A stretch of DNA of 64,000 bases from Vicugna vicugna (Eukaryota), in NCBI GenBank assembly GCA_013265495.1, contig MU061538.1:2634865-2698864 (forward strand), given 5' to 3'. Positions 51,085-63,629 of the stretch are shown here, one piece after another. Position 1 is the stretch's first letter; each line of letters opens with the position of its first letter. The notes below the pieces were generated by a model. That model made no database searches and was not told where the DNA came from. It saw nothing but the letters and a program-made list of their open reading frames with translations. The translations under genes were made by a program, and so were the position numbers.

Positions 51085-51354
51085 GAGCTATTAGTGGGTG
51101 ATCACATGACACTAACTAGGTGTGCATGGATGCACTATGTTTGCACAATCCCTTCTTTTTCCCAGGAACAGACACACTCTCCTGGCCTGAAGAAGCCGTC
51201 TCAGTTGTTCTAGACACTCAGTCAGTGTGATCGAGTCTCACTATATGCCGACACGAATTGCCCAATACTCGTTCATAGTCACTCGATCCTGAAGTCCATC
51301 TTACTCTTTCTCTGACTGCTGGGAGCTCAAAGAGACTCAGGGATGACAGTCACC

Positions 51355-51462
51355 TATGCTGACCCAGCAGATCTGGGATGGGACCTGAGAGGCCACCTTC
51401 CGAACAAGGTCCCAAGTGACGCTGATGGTGCTGGTCTGAAGCCCACACTTCGGGAACCACTG
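51355..51462 (+). mobile_element. MER5A-like MITE 3' half
   Basis: agatctgggatgggacctgaga...aacaaggtcccaagtgacgctgatggtgctggtc...cacacttcgggaaccactg. Confidence 0.7.
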
Positions 51463-51541
51463 GCCTGGAGGTCTGCTGCTGACGCGTGACCCCATGGGTG
51501 GGACTGCCTGGTTTAAGAGCTAGTGCTCAATGTCAAGACAA

Positions 51542-51592
51542 AGAGAGAGAGTGTGTGTGTGTGTTTATGTCTGTGTGTGTCTCTGTGTGTGT
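51542..51592. repeat. (GA)n(GT)n compound microsatellite
   Basis: Directly visible. Confidence 0.85.
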
Positions 51593-52778
51593 CTCCACTG
51601 TCCATCTACTCTTCATCTTCCCCACCAGTGTCCTGAGAGCCAGTTCTCAGAGTTGTGAAACTGAAGTAATTGAAGAAAAGATTGGCCACAAACAAAACTG
51701 TGAAGTGTGTTTAATAAAAGAAAATGTTTCTCTGCCTTTCGGACGATGTGGAAATTCCACTGTGGACTTGTCTTTTCAAAATGTAAATGTGAAGGCTGAC
51801 TGGAGAGCTTCTGGTTTCCTTTCTCAGAAGAGTGAGGACGCCCAGACTAACAACGTGCGACGTTCAGCAAACATCTCCGAGGGCATCTGTGTGTGTTGCA
51901 CAGACTCCACAGCCCGCCTCCTGGATTCCCGCTAGTCACTATTAATGTAAGATTTACTTGCACCCATTTCTTAGAAAACTCAATGTACCAGTAGCTAAGT
52001 TAACTTCACATCATGCATCATATTTCAAAGGTTTCTTCCTTCTGTGTTGCAGTCTTCACCAACGGCTTCCTTCATCCACTGAGTTCCTCTGCGTCCACGA
52101 AGATGAGTCCAGCCACCAAACACAACCTTCACTTTACTTTCCAGAATTTCTCCAGTGGGTAAAGGGAAAACATTTCCGTGTTTATCTGGAAAAGCAGGAC
52201 AGGTGACCCGAGTCACGCAGAGCCAGCACTGCTGTGACGGTGAGGACAGGGAAGGCCACTTTCAGGGTGCTCTTGCTCTGTGCACGGACAGCATACGGCA
52301 CATCAGGAGGGCGTCTGACTCAACCCCATACGCCCTGAGGGGTAACCGTCAGCATCACTGCTTCAGACACAAGAAAACTCAGGAACTCTGCAGCCGCGGG
52401 CGACGCCGCGACCTCTGCAGCAGCAGAACCAGAGCTGTCATCTGAACAAGCTGTACGTGCCTCGAAGTTTCTACCCTTTTCACTTGGGTCACATGGAAAT
52501 CTCACCTGCTTCTCCTGAAGGCTCTTTCCTTCCATCCAGTCTGTTCCCTTCCCAGTGACTGTACCTTGGATTCTGTCTTTTTAATCCCAGATTTTAAAGG
52601 ACAAGTACTGATTCAACAGACAGGACCCCTGCCTCCAGGATGGGCAAAACGGGGCAAGGACGCTGTGTCTGGAGCTTCTCAAGATGGAAAAGACTCATCA
52701 GCCATAATGCTGGTGTGCAGGGAACGGGGCTAAGCAGCACAACCCTGGACATTAGTTTCCAAAGCTGCAATTATTTTA

Positions 52779-52902
52779 TTTCATTTTCATTATTTTTGAA
52801 ATTTTTATTTATTTATTTGTTTATTAATGGAGGCACTGGGGGTTGAACCCAGGACCTCATGCATGCTAAGCACGTGCTCTACCACTGAGCTACACCCTCC
52901 CC
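52779..52902 (-). mobile_element. vic-1-like SINE with TSD
   Basis: ggaggcactgggggttgaacccaggacctcatgcatgctaagcacgtgctctaccactgagctacaccctcccc; TSD ctg(c/t)aattatttta at 52765-52778 and 52908-52921. Confidence 0.92.
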
Positions 52903-55900
52903 TCAAACTGTAATTATTTTAAATATTTCCTTTTCTTCTTGAAGACATTCTTGAATTTCCTCCCCTTAGAATCATACATAGTATAATTTAGTCTACTGTT
53001 TTTAAGGGGGCGACCGGCACCACCTTGGAACTCACTTTGCAAAACATTTCACACAATATTCAATGCTTAATGAATATTTTTAACTAGAATAATAATGGCA
53101 AGTTTAGGAAAAGGGCTGAATCAACAGCAAGTGAAATTCACGGTTCTTTCCTACCTAAAACGTCATACTATTAAAAATTAAAAATGCACAAAATAGACAG
53201 AAAGTTTTTACTTCAAAACAATTATCTGCACCCATACATCTGTCTCTCTGAAGATGTACTTTGTGTAGTGTGTGTGATTCCCTGCGCATCCATCTGGCTG
53301 ACGGTTTTTTATTCTAAATAGAACCCATGATACGTACTAATGGAAGACTTAAATTGGATACAATGGTTCTTTGGACGGCTCCAAGGAAAAGAGCAATGTA
53401 GTCAGACAAGGGGTGTGGCGAGCAGCTTTGAAGATGTTTCCAGTCCCCCCCACCCCCCACTGGCATTCGCACCTGCAGTGCTCCCCCCGTAGGGTACCTG
53501 TGACACTGGCTTGTGTGACCAACACAACACAAGACGGTACACCAACCTCAAGATTAAATGACAAAAGACGCTGCGGCTTCTGTTCTAGGTGGACATTCAC
53601 TCTGAGGGAAGCCAACCTTATGAATGAGCCTGAACACGTGACCCTCATGGGTGGGAGGCGCACGTCTGTCCTTCCAAGTTGCTGAGCTTCAGGGTAACCC
53701 GTTAGGCAGTAATGGATAACAAACACACGGGGGCTAATGTTTCCAGAACCTGACCAAGCAGAGATTTCCAGTTTAGAAGTGTCTTCTCTGGGAAAACAGT
53801 ATGTTTTAGATTACAAGTCATCAGTCAAGGGCAATTAGGGACGAAGTGCCTCGTGAAGAGCCTCAGACACGACTGGCTACTTTAATCAAACAAATTGGCA
53901 AAGTTCAGTCATGACTAAGTCCCCCCACGTGCCGACGTGAATTGCCCAGCACTCATTTTTAATCTCATAAAGATTTGAATTTCGTGTGTTGGCTGGCGGT
54001 TGTTTCCGTAAAGTGGTTAGCGTTGGGAGTTAGCGGTGCGTTTCTTCAGCGGTCCAGTTTAATCCGCCTCCTCGGCGCGAATGCTAACCAGGCACAGTAG
54101 TTACCAGGCTGCTTATGCGGTGTCCTTGGGGGTGGGCAGGTAATTATTATGGAACATAAAGGACGACTCTCAGGCGGTGCTGGGAGCTGTGTGTCTCAGG
54201 CACCTGAGGCTTCCATCCCGTCCCCTCCTTCCCCGGGGGGCACTACATCCTCCCTTCAGCACATGTGTCTCCAGGTGACGGGAGACGCAGGGCTGGGAGC
54301 CCCCACCCCTCTCTGAGCCTGCTTCCCGATCTTTAAACCGAACAAACGTGCCAGACGACGTGGAAAACCCTCCCCCGTTCCAACAGCCTGCGAGTCGATG
54401 AGACCTGCTTTCTGCAGATACTGGTGATTAAGGCAACCCCGTCTTCCTGTGGAACGTGGTGATGGGAAGACATTCTCTCAGGGACGTGCCCCCGGAAGAC
54501 TCACAGACAGGCCCGCGCGGAGTGTGCGCCTTTCGGGAAGCCTCTCTTTTCTAGTCTGATTTTGTAAAGCATAGTCAACAGGAGGCAAAATGAATATTTA
54601 TTTGCCCACTCAGATCAATCAATAAACACAAAGTAAAGAGCCCCTTTCTTCTACCACTTACCCAGCGCTGGTCTCGGCTCCCTGGCCCCGCGCCTGCCGG
54701 GGCCCGCGGGGAGCACACCCTCCGAGGGCCAGCAGCCGCGGCATCAGCAGGGGCCCTCCCACCCCCGTTCCATCCACCTCCGCGTCCGCAGCCCGAGGGC
54801 ACCTCTCTCCAGCAGAGTTCTATCAGCATGTAGGAGCCAAGAGGTCAGGGAGCTTTTTGCAATGAAGATATGCTCAGAAGGAGAGAAATCAAGTTCGATG
54901 AAACGGAGGGATCAAAACTGCACTAAGATCGGTGCAAATGCATCTCCATCGACGGAAGCCCACGGCGCCTACGTGAAACCTGGGCAGCTTTCCCCTCCTC
55001 ACTCCCCTTGCCCACCGCGCGGCTGAAACTCTCACCTGCCTGGGAGTGGGTTGGCTGGACCTTCCCCCCTTCCTTTGCTGGCTCTGACCGTCTGTTTTCA
55101 GCCCTTCTTCTCTTTCAAATTCTTTTCCTGTGTGATCTCATTCAGGCCCATCACTGCAGCAATTACATTAACAAGACTCTCCGGCCCAGACACACTCCAA
55201 GTTCATCCCAAACACACTCCCAAAGCCTGAGTTTTCCCCCCAGCATCCCTTCGAAGTGGCTGCCTTGCTTATGCTCGGAGCCACGCCCTCTCTCAAGACA
55301 CTTCTCTGTCACCTCCAGAAAGAGTTCCAGACATCAGAGCTGTGTCTCTGATACTTCTCTTCATCAAACCTTCCTCTCTGCCTCGACGGGGGAGAGCCAG
55401 GGAGAACCAGACGGCGTTTCCCCCGGTGAGGACGCTGGGCTTTGGTTTTTCCAGAAGTGTAGCATGGGCGGACCACTCCCTGCACAGTCATGTGTTGTAT
55501 GCAATCTTATCACATGATGACCAGATGTCATACACATTATATCTTAGCATATTAATTACATGTTATAGCACACAAACATTATATACCATATGGTGCACAT
55601 GCCGTAACATTAAATAGCATCTCTCACCCAAGGCTGAGTTAAAATTCAGTCTCTTCTGTGAAGCTCTCCCACCCTCCACTGGGATAGAAGTCATTCTCTT
55701 CTTTACGTAAGTGCACACCCGAAGCTTGGCACCTGATGGCCTCCTTCCTGCATCCCCTGAGCCTCCCAGAGTGTCAGCCCCCTCACCCCCGCCAGCACCT
55801 GTCACATCCTACCAGGCTGTTTGTGTGCAAAGACAGACTCATTTTCTATGACCAGATGAACATAGCTGTTTGCCCAGAGGAAGCCCTCAATAGAAATGCT

Positions 55901-57039
55901 CAAAACACTCACTCAGTATTTCGACTGCAGCCAAAGTATAAACAGACTGACACCCGGGACTGAGTCTGGGGGTTCCACGTTCCGATATGGGTACCGCTTT
56001 GTTTCATCTTTCTGACAGTTCTGGGAAGTTAGCGGGGAAGATCTGATTATCCCCATTTTACAGAAATGATCACGGAGCCTTGAAAACCTCCATGAATCGT
56101 TCAGCGTAACTATAGAAACAAGGGAAGCATTACAGCAGGAACCGAGGTGTCGGATCCTGGAACGTTTGGCCGCACGGCTGTGTCTGAAATGAGTGCCGGG
56201 TTTAAGCCAAATCCACGTGAAGCAGTCACAGCGGGCACGAGTGCCTGACAAGTCAACTTTCCTTAGGAGAGAGGATTCCTCCTCCTCTTTTAACAAAAAA
56301 GAAAGATAACATGGTACGGCTTCTCTTGAATTTCCAGAACCCAAAGGTTCATTATCCCCATCACCGTGGCCCTCGCCCACCTGGTGCAAACCTGAGAGGA
56401 CCTCGTTGGGTTGCAGTTCAAATATTCTGTCCCCTGTTAATTATCCAAGCAGCTACAATCCAATTAACAAAGCCACGCTGCACAGCCCACATCAGCCCAG
56501 GGTTGTTTAGAGACAAGATCTCCCCAGAATCTTGTTGAAAATCCTTACCCTGGAGAAACAGTATCTTTCCTTCTTAAGAGAGTGCTTTTAAATTTTGTTT
56601 TCCTAAGCAATCAGTGGGCCATGTAAAAATGACCTTCGTATGCCCGAGACTTCCTGTTTTTAGGAAGGGAACTTCTACACAGAAGTGAGAAATGAGTAAG
56701 GTCTGCAAGATGCAGTTTTCCCCCCAAGGAAATGACGCCTCTGTCTGATCTCCTGGTGGATGAGTGACGTGGACGCACAGATGCACCTGATTCTCCACCT
56801 CCTGTGGGCGTTTCACTTTGCAAAATGGATGCAAAAGAATGAGAGAAGCGAAGGTTGCCCACTCGGGACGGGAGAAAATTATGATCATACGGTGGAAAAA
56901 GAAACAGGATGACCTGAGATACTTTTTTCCTATGACCACTTTGGTGCCGACAAACAAGGGTGTTTGGATGGGTCACGAGGGCAAAGGAAAACAGGCGACC
57001 CCATCACTGTATCAACTTACAAACGCATCTACAAGCGAA

Positions 57040-57290
57040 GTTTGGAGGGGTGATGGCGCAGTGTGCTAAATGCGAGTTAAGCTCTCCTGGGGCGGAATCC
57101 AGGTTCCGTTACTAACGAGTCAAACGATCTTAGGCAAACTATGTAAATGGTGTGCACCTCAGTTTCCTCAGCTTGTAAATTGGGGTTAGTAACGAATACT
57201 TCATGGAGGTACTGGGAAGATGAGTAAGTTACACGTGTGAAGTGCACACAGGCGTTCAGCACAGCATCTCAATACACGGTCATCGTCACC
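57040..57290 (+). mobile_element. MIR
   Basis: gaatccaggttccgttactaac...cttaggcaaa...tgcacctcagtttcctcagcttgtaaattggg...tgtgaagtgc. Confidence 0.72.
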
Positions 57291-60200
57291 CTCAACTCTC
57301 GCCCTTACACGCTACGCACACCCGCAGAGAGGGCGCTGACCATTACCAGCAATTCTGCCGCGCCAGGATCACCAGATGTCTGTAGCATCACGGCTGTTGG
57401 GTACAAATCTAGAAAGTGCACATTCAGGGTAAAAATAAGTCGAAATGGATGCCCACTCACCCTCCATCCTCCACCCTCCACGAACGGTTCTCTTTCAAAG
57501 ACTGGCTCTAAAGCCCCAGGGCACCAAGACCCAGAAATATTTAGGGACCCAGACAGAGAAAGCAGATAGTTCACTAGCAAAGATGCCTTCACCATCCTCC
57601 TCCCAACAAAAGACAGCACAAAACGAATGCACATACTGTGCACCTGCTGGTCAGCTTTTCGACATGCAGCTCAGGAGTGTTTAAAAGTAAACACATATAT
57701 TAGAACTCATCCCCAACCCAGCTGCTGCACATTTCCATCACACAGCGCGCAGCCTCCCCTGCAGAAGACAATTAGTCTCGATGTGCGCAGCCTGCAGCCG
57801 CGGCGTATGATTTATCAGGGGTCATCCGCTTATAATTTCTCCCACTGAAATCACACTGCATACAACACGGGCGATATTCTACTCAATAATGCAGGTGCAG
57901 CTTCATGACAAAGATGTCACTTTTGGGGGGGGAGAAAACATCGTTTTTCGTTAGTTTGCTGATTCTAGAATCCTCTCTCCTTCTCTAATGAAGGTTACAA
58001 ATGAGGAATTAAAATATGCTTCTTTTATTCCTTCCTCAGCAGACTGTCTTCTCCGTTACCATCTTCATAAGATGCCGGCTACACCCATCCAGCATGTGCA
58101 TTGTTCGTCACTCTGGGGGCCACTGGACCACTGTTCAGTTGACGCTCATTGCTAGACAGTCGTGGAAAAAAATCAACAGAAGCACCTTCATTTTGTTCTG
58201 AAATGATTAGATGATTCTAAAAGCAGGTCCCATTTCACCTCTATTTCCTGCGCATTTAGTCATTTATTATAATGTCCTGCCCCTACTGCCAAGCGGAAGC
58301 TGTGTTGTGAACATCCGGGAAATCAGGGTTGTTTAGGCTCCAGGCTCTTCGGTGCACATGTTGTCGGTTAATCGTCACTACCATCCGTCGAGGGCTGCAC
58401 TGTTGTCCCTGTTCTAATGCGAGCGTCAGACAAGCACCCTTTGTGCCCAGGGAGGCGCGGGCTGGCCCGCTTTCTCCCCGACGTCACGGGGGAAGAGGGC
58501 GACACCAGCGCGCACAGCGAGCCGACACAGTGACGGCATCGCCTGTTCTCATTCTTTCCTCCCCGCCCCCCACCCCGTCCCCAGCCCCACGGCGCAGAAC
58601 CACCCTGGAGCGTCTGGATCAGGGTCTCCCCCACAGCCCTAGCCCGGCAGTCACGCGCGGGCTGGAGGTTAGAAGGACAGACTTTCAATCCCACCTGCCC
58701 TTGCTGGGTGCCGCCTCGAGCATGTTACCGGACCTGAGCGTCTGAGGGTAGCGGGGGTGGTGATAACTCCCACCCAGAAGGCACTCTCACTACCGGGAAT
58801 CTGATGCAGACGATGGTCCAGCAGAGCGCCGCGCGCACAGCCAGCGCGCACGACCACAGCCATTATCACTGTGTGTGGTTATTTCAGTGCCTGGTGAGTT
58901 AATCGGTCAGTTAAAAAATCAGCAAAGTATATTCTCACCTAAAAGTTATGAGAACCTTTTAAAAAGCCATCAGTGTAAAACCTAAAGTGATTGGGGTCAA
59001 AAGGAGAAACAAAAATGCAAGTTTCTTGGGTGCCGGCCACGTCCCCATGGCCCTGCTCCCTCCCCGGGCCCAAGTCCCACAGGCGAGGATATGAGAGGCT
59101 GGATGACAATCAGAAGCCGGCACGTGGTTTTACTGGGCCATCAGCAGGGCCCAGTCCACGCACCAGCCACAGCTGGAACCAGAGCCTTCCAAGGCGGGGC
59201 CAGGACACAAACTCTTACTGTTCCCACTGACGGCTTGAAGCGTCAGCCAGAACTACCCAGACTGCAGTCTGTTTCCTGGGAAAGTTCTCCCGTTGGGACA
59301 GTTGAAACTTTATCTTAAGACCGAAAATGTCCCACCGAATCCCTCAGCTACTTAGATTTCTGGCCCCTCAAGAGTCTACACTGCCCTTTGCTTTTGTTTC
59401 TAAATAAGTCTAGTCCATATACGGGGAGGCTAAAGGAAATGACAGACATCTGAGGGAATACAAATGTTAAATTTTACATGCAAATTTAAAGCGTGGAAGT
59501 GACTCTAATTTAGGGTTCGCAGTGTAGACTTCTTTTCTCACCTCACTCTCACCTCCTGACTTCTTCAGATGGCTCCTGATCCCCAGCTGGAGTCCCCTGA
59601 GGACTCAGGCTCGGCCCCAGATCCTCACAGAGCAACCCCTGTGTCACAGACTGGGGATTCTGCAAGCCGTCTGCAGTTCCTGCTGCTGTCCGTTCTCGGA
59701 TTCTCCACAGTTATAACCCCTGCGCCTCAGGGTCTCTAACCCCAACACAGGAAAACATCAGTTCCCCAGACAGCGCTGGGAATGAGGGTAAATTGAATTT
59801 CCTAACTAACTGAGGCCTGACAAGAAACACTATTTAATTTCAACTCTCCGTTGAACGCTCCCCTGTGGAACATTAGCCCAACCTTGACCTTAGCGAAGTC
59901 AAATAAAAACCCATCTTGGATGGCTCCGCCTCCCCGGAGCCTAAGACCACATGGCGCCGAGCCGGAGCAGGCGTGAGGGCGAGCCCCGGAGCCACCCCCG
60001 GCCGCGCAAAATAGCTCGCAGGGCGGCTTACTGTCCCCTCGCTGCTTCTTAGAAGTGAAGTTAATAAAAGGAAAGAAGAAGTTAATCAATGGAGGTTTCT
60101 GCTCAGTTAAATTACTCACACAGGTCTACTTCTTAGCTGAATATCTATTAAAAAAGTACATTTTTTTTTTGAGACAGCATCTCAACTGCTTTAACAGAAA

Positions 60201-62075
60201 CCCAGTCTTCCTTCTCCTGTGAATACAACCATACCAGGAGGCCCGCGGCCACAAGGGGGAGACACTGCTGGCTCCTCTTCGAACACTGGCCACTAAGACC
60301 CCGGTCATACCAAGGCGGCCTCTGCTGGGGGGTGACATTAAATGCAGATTTCATTCAGAGAACCCCCAAATTCAGGCACCAGCCTGCCTTCCGCAGCACC
60401 CAGCTCCACCCTCACTGTTTTTAAGAACCCACATTGGACCGAAGCACCTACAGGGTAACTGGTGCCCAGCAGGTGCTCATCAAATTATCTGAATTAATAA
60501 ATACATGAAAAAAGGAGTCAAAGACTCCAACTTCTTTCCACAATGACATCATTTGACTAAAGATAAAAGTTCTCACAGAGGGTATGCATTTATCTGAATA
60601 TATCTTCCAACATACAGTAAAAAAAATTTAAAAAAAACTATTTCAGAATCATGCATTTAAACACATGCAATACAAGCCATTCTTATAAGGCTACTTACAA
60701 TGTCACTGTCTTGAAATTAGGTCAAACTGCATTAATCTAGCTTTTGTAAAAATCACCCTTCCGGCTTCAAAAGCTTAGATATTTAATCCTTTCAGAAAAA
60801 GTTCATTTGCCACATATGAAAGCTACCATGAGAATTTTGATGAAATGGATTTCATCTAAGAATAAACCTGCCTGTTATATTTTGGGGGACGTGAGAATGC
60901 AAGGAAAAATCAATACATTATGTCATGCATCTTCAAGATATTATCTAGCTCAAAACATTGAAAATAAACCCCCCCTCATTTTCTGACTTAGTTTTCTAAA
61001 CAGGCACTGAAATAAACCATCCTACAAGCACTGTAAAATATATTGCTGCTTGACACTAATTCCAGGACACAGAAGGCTAACTGTCCACTGCAAAGGCACA
61101 GGGAAATTAAAGCTACTTCATTAAATTCTTAGAACACTGACCTCCTCAGTGGAAGAGAATTTAAAGTTTCTTGAAATCATAAGCCCATCTTGAGTAGATG
61201 AAATCATCTCAGTTTTATTAATTTCTAGCCTACTGTTTACAGTGAAACAGCTAAATTCCACGGCATGACCACCATGTGAGCAGGTGACTCACCCACCTAA
61301 CCTCCCTGTCTGACCGCTGTGTGAGGTCCTGGGTAACGGGTGAGTAGCCAGCATCGCCCACGACTTTCAAAGGCCTCCCCTGTTCTCCCCCAGCCGCTCT
61401 GGAATTGCCCAAGTCGGTAAGAACGCCCTCCTGAGTAAGGCATCGCCGTTTCTGCATAAATGAGGTACTTTGGGTGAGGGTGCTGTGGACTCTGGGGGCT
61501 GCGTGCTCACAACAGGGATGAAAACCCATCCACCGAAACGGCGGTTTTTCGCACCACTCAGAGGACAGCGGGCTCACTGCCTGGGGGGTCAAGCTCCCCG
61601 GGGCCAAAACAGGCTCTGAGGACGTCAGCGCAGCAGGAGGCACGTTTGAGAAGGAATCGCACCACCAAGAAGTGAGACGTACGCCCTCGACAAGTGGAAA
61701 CCTACAGTAGATCGTGGTCCTGTGACCCCAGCTCGGCTTAAACAGCACCACATGCGCGCCTTCTTCCCCTGGAGTCAACCTCCTGCTACCGTCACTAGTC
61801 ACGAGCCTGCATTTCCCTCAAGAGCCTACTCAGGACTCCACCCCAAGTCACCTATCAGGGCGACTGCGCACTCCAGGCTCGTGTTAGACTTGGACCAGTT
61901 TGCAGAGGGGTGACTGGGCTGCTGTGGGGGAGGTCTCCTCAGACAGAACCTGGCAGGGAGGGCAGACGTGTCTTCTGCCTCCTGACCTACTCTCTCACTT
62001 GTAAAATGGGAAGGTAGACTCGATCTGGGTTCCCAAGCCTGGATTGGCATCTGAATCAAAAATAAAACCCCCTGA

Positions 62076-62165
62076 GGGTGGGAGGGAATAGCTCTGTGGT
62101 GGAGCACGCGCTTGGCGAGCACGAGGTCCTAGGTTCGATCCCCACTGCCTCTGTTAAGGGGAAAA
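62076..62165 (+). mobile_element. vic-1-like SINE (short form), apparently inserted in a MER5-like relic
   Basis: gggagggaatagctctgtggtggagcacgcgcttggcgagcacgaggtcctaggttcgatcccc; degenerate TSD aaaaataaaaccccctg / aaaaataacccaccctg. Confidence 0.85.
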
Positions 62166-62309
62166 AAATAACCCACCCTGGGTCCCACCTCCAGAAGTAG
62201 TAACTTCAGGCATCTTGGGGGAGGTCCAGACACGTTTAAGTGCTCCCAGGAATCGGATGATCGTCTCAATTTGGAAACAATTGCCTCTGAAGATTACCAT
62301 TGTCTTTAA

Positions 62310-62507
62310 AAATACACATTACTGTATATAAAACAGATAAACAACAAGGACCTACTGTAGAGCACAGGGAACTACATTCAATTCCTTGTAATAACATATA
62401 ATGGAAAAGAATCTGAAAAAAAATACATGTATGTATATGTATAACTGAATCGCTTTGCTGTGCACCTGAAACTGACACTGTAAACCAATTACACTTCAAT
62501 AAAAAAT
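62310..62507 (+). mobile_element. Short artiodactyl-type L1 3' end
   Basis: tatataaaacagataaacaacaaggacctactgtagagcacagggaactacattcaa...acttcaataaaaaa. Confidence 0.9.
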
Positions 62508-63077
62508 AAGATTAAAATAAGTCTCCGAAGAGCTATCCTGAGAATATAAACACAGCAGCACATGGTCCAGGGACCCCTCTGCCAGCCTCCCCACCAGGGC
62601 CCGCCCCACACACCATCCTTTCAGCTTCCTCTGGGGATGCTCCCTGACACCAATGTATACGTAAGATTCTGTTGTTGTTCCCGAAGAATCCTTCTGTACA
62701 GCAGTGCCATTGGTGGGGAGGGAACCACTGCTGATTAATCCCAGCTGGGAAGAGTTACAATTCTGGGCGCGTCTCGGCCTGAGCCAGCCAGCGTCTCGTC
62801 CAAACTGCACACCAACCCGTGACGTCATACTTAGCATCTCATCTGACAGAGGAGGGAATTCTGTCTCAGAGATTAAATGACTTTCTCAAACAGGCAACAA
62901 CGGGTGGTCAAATCCCATCTGGAACTCGAGTCCCACTCCTGTGCACGTGGCCTCCTCTCCCTGCGGGAGCTGGGGACATGGAGGGGCAGACCACGCATGT
63001 GTGGGGTGGGGTCTTCACCGCAGAAGGCATGGAGTTCAGGGTTTGATGGAAAATGCCTGGTTAAAAAAGTAATGACC

Positions 63078-63333
63078 CTCATGGCTACCAGGGGGGAAAA
63101 GGGTGAGAAGGGATAAATTGGGAGTTCGAGATTTGCAAATACTGAATACTGTATATAAAACAGATAAACAACAAGGTCCTACTGCAGAGCACAGGGAGCT
63201 ATGTTCCATGTCTTGTAGTGACCCGTAATGAAAAGCAATATGAAAAGGAATATTTGTATTTATGTGTATGACTGAAACGTTGTGCAACAAAAATTGACAA
63301 AATGTAAACGGATTATACGTCAATTAAAAAAAA
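63078..63333 (+). mobile_element. Short camelid-type L1 3' end
   Basis: ctcatggctaccaggggggaaaaggg...gggataaattgggagttcgagatttgcaaatac...tcaattaaaaaaaaa; flanked by aaaaaagta on both sides. Confidence 0.88.
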
Positions 63334-63435
63334 AGTATAAACCTTATTTCTTGGAAATAAAATTCAATTAACATGCTCACCTGATTCCAGTTTTCCCTAA
63401 AAGTGGATGGCAATTTAGAGCAAGAGAGTGATACA

Positions 63436-63629
63436 CAGCTGACCCTTGAAAAAGCTGGGGGGGTTAATCCAAGTATAATTTAGAGTCAACCCCCTGTATC
63501 TGTCTTTCCTCCAAATCCTCGAATTTAACCAACTACCGACCATGTACTGCTGTGATCTCTTCCATCGAAAAACAACCAAATATAAATGGACCCACACAGT
63601 TCAAAGCCGCGTTGTTCAAGGGCCAACCG
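63436..63629. mobile_element. Tigger2/MER8-type MITE (TcMar-Tigger)
   Basis: Imperfect terminal inverted repeats CAGCTGACCCTTGAAAAAG (63436-63454) and GTTGTTCAAGGGCCAACCG (63611-63629). Confidence 0.82.
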
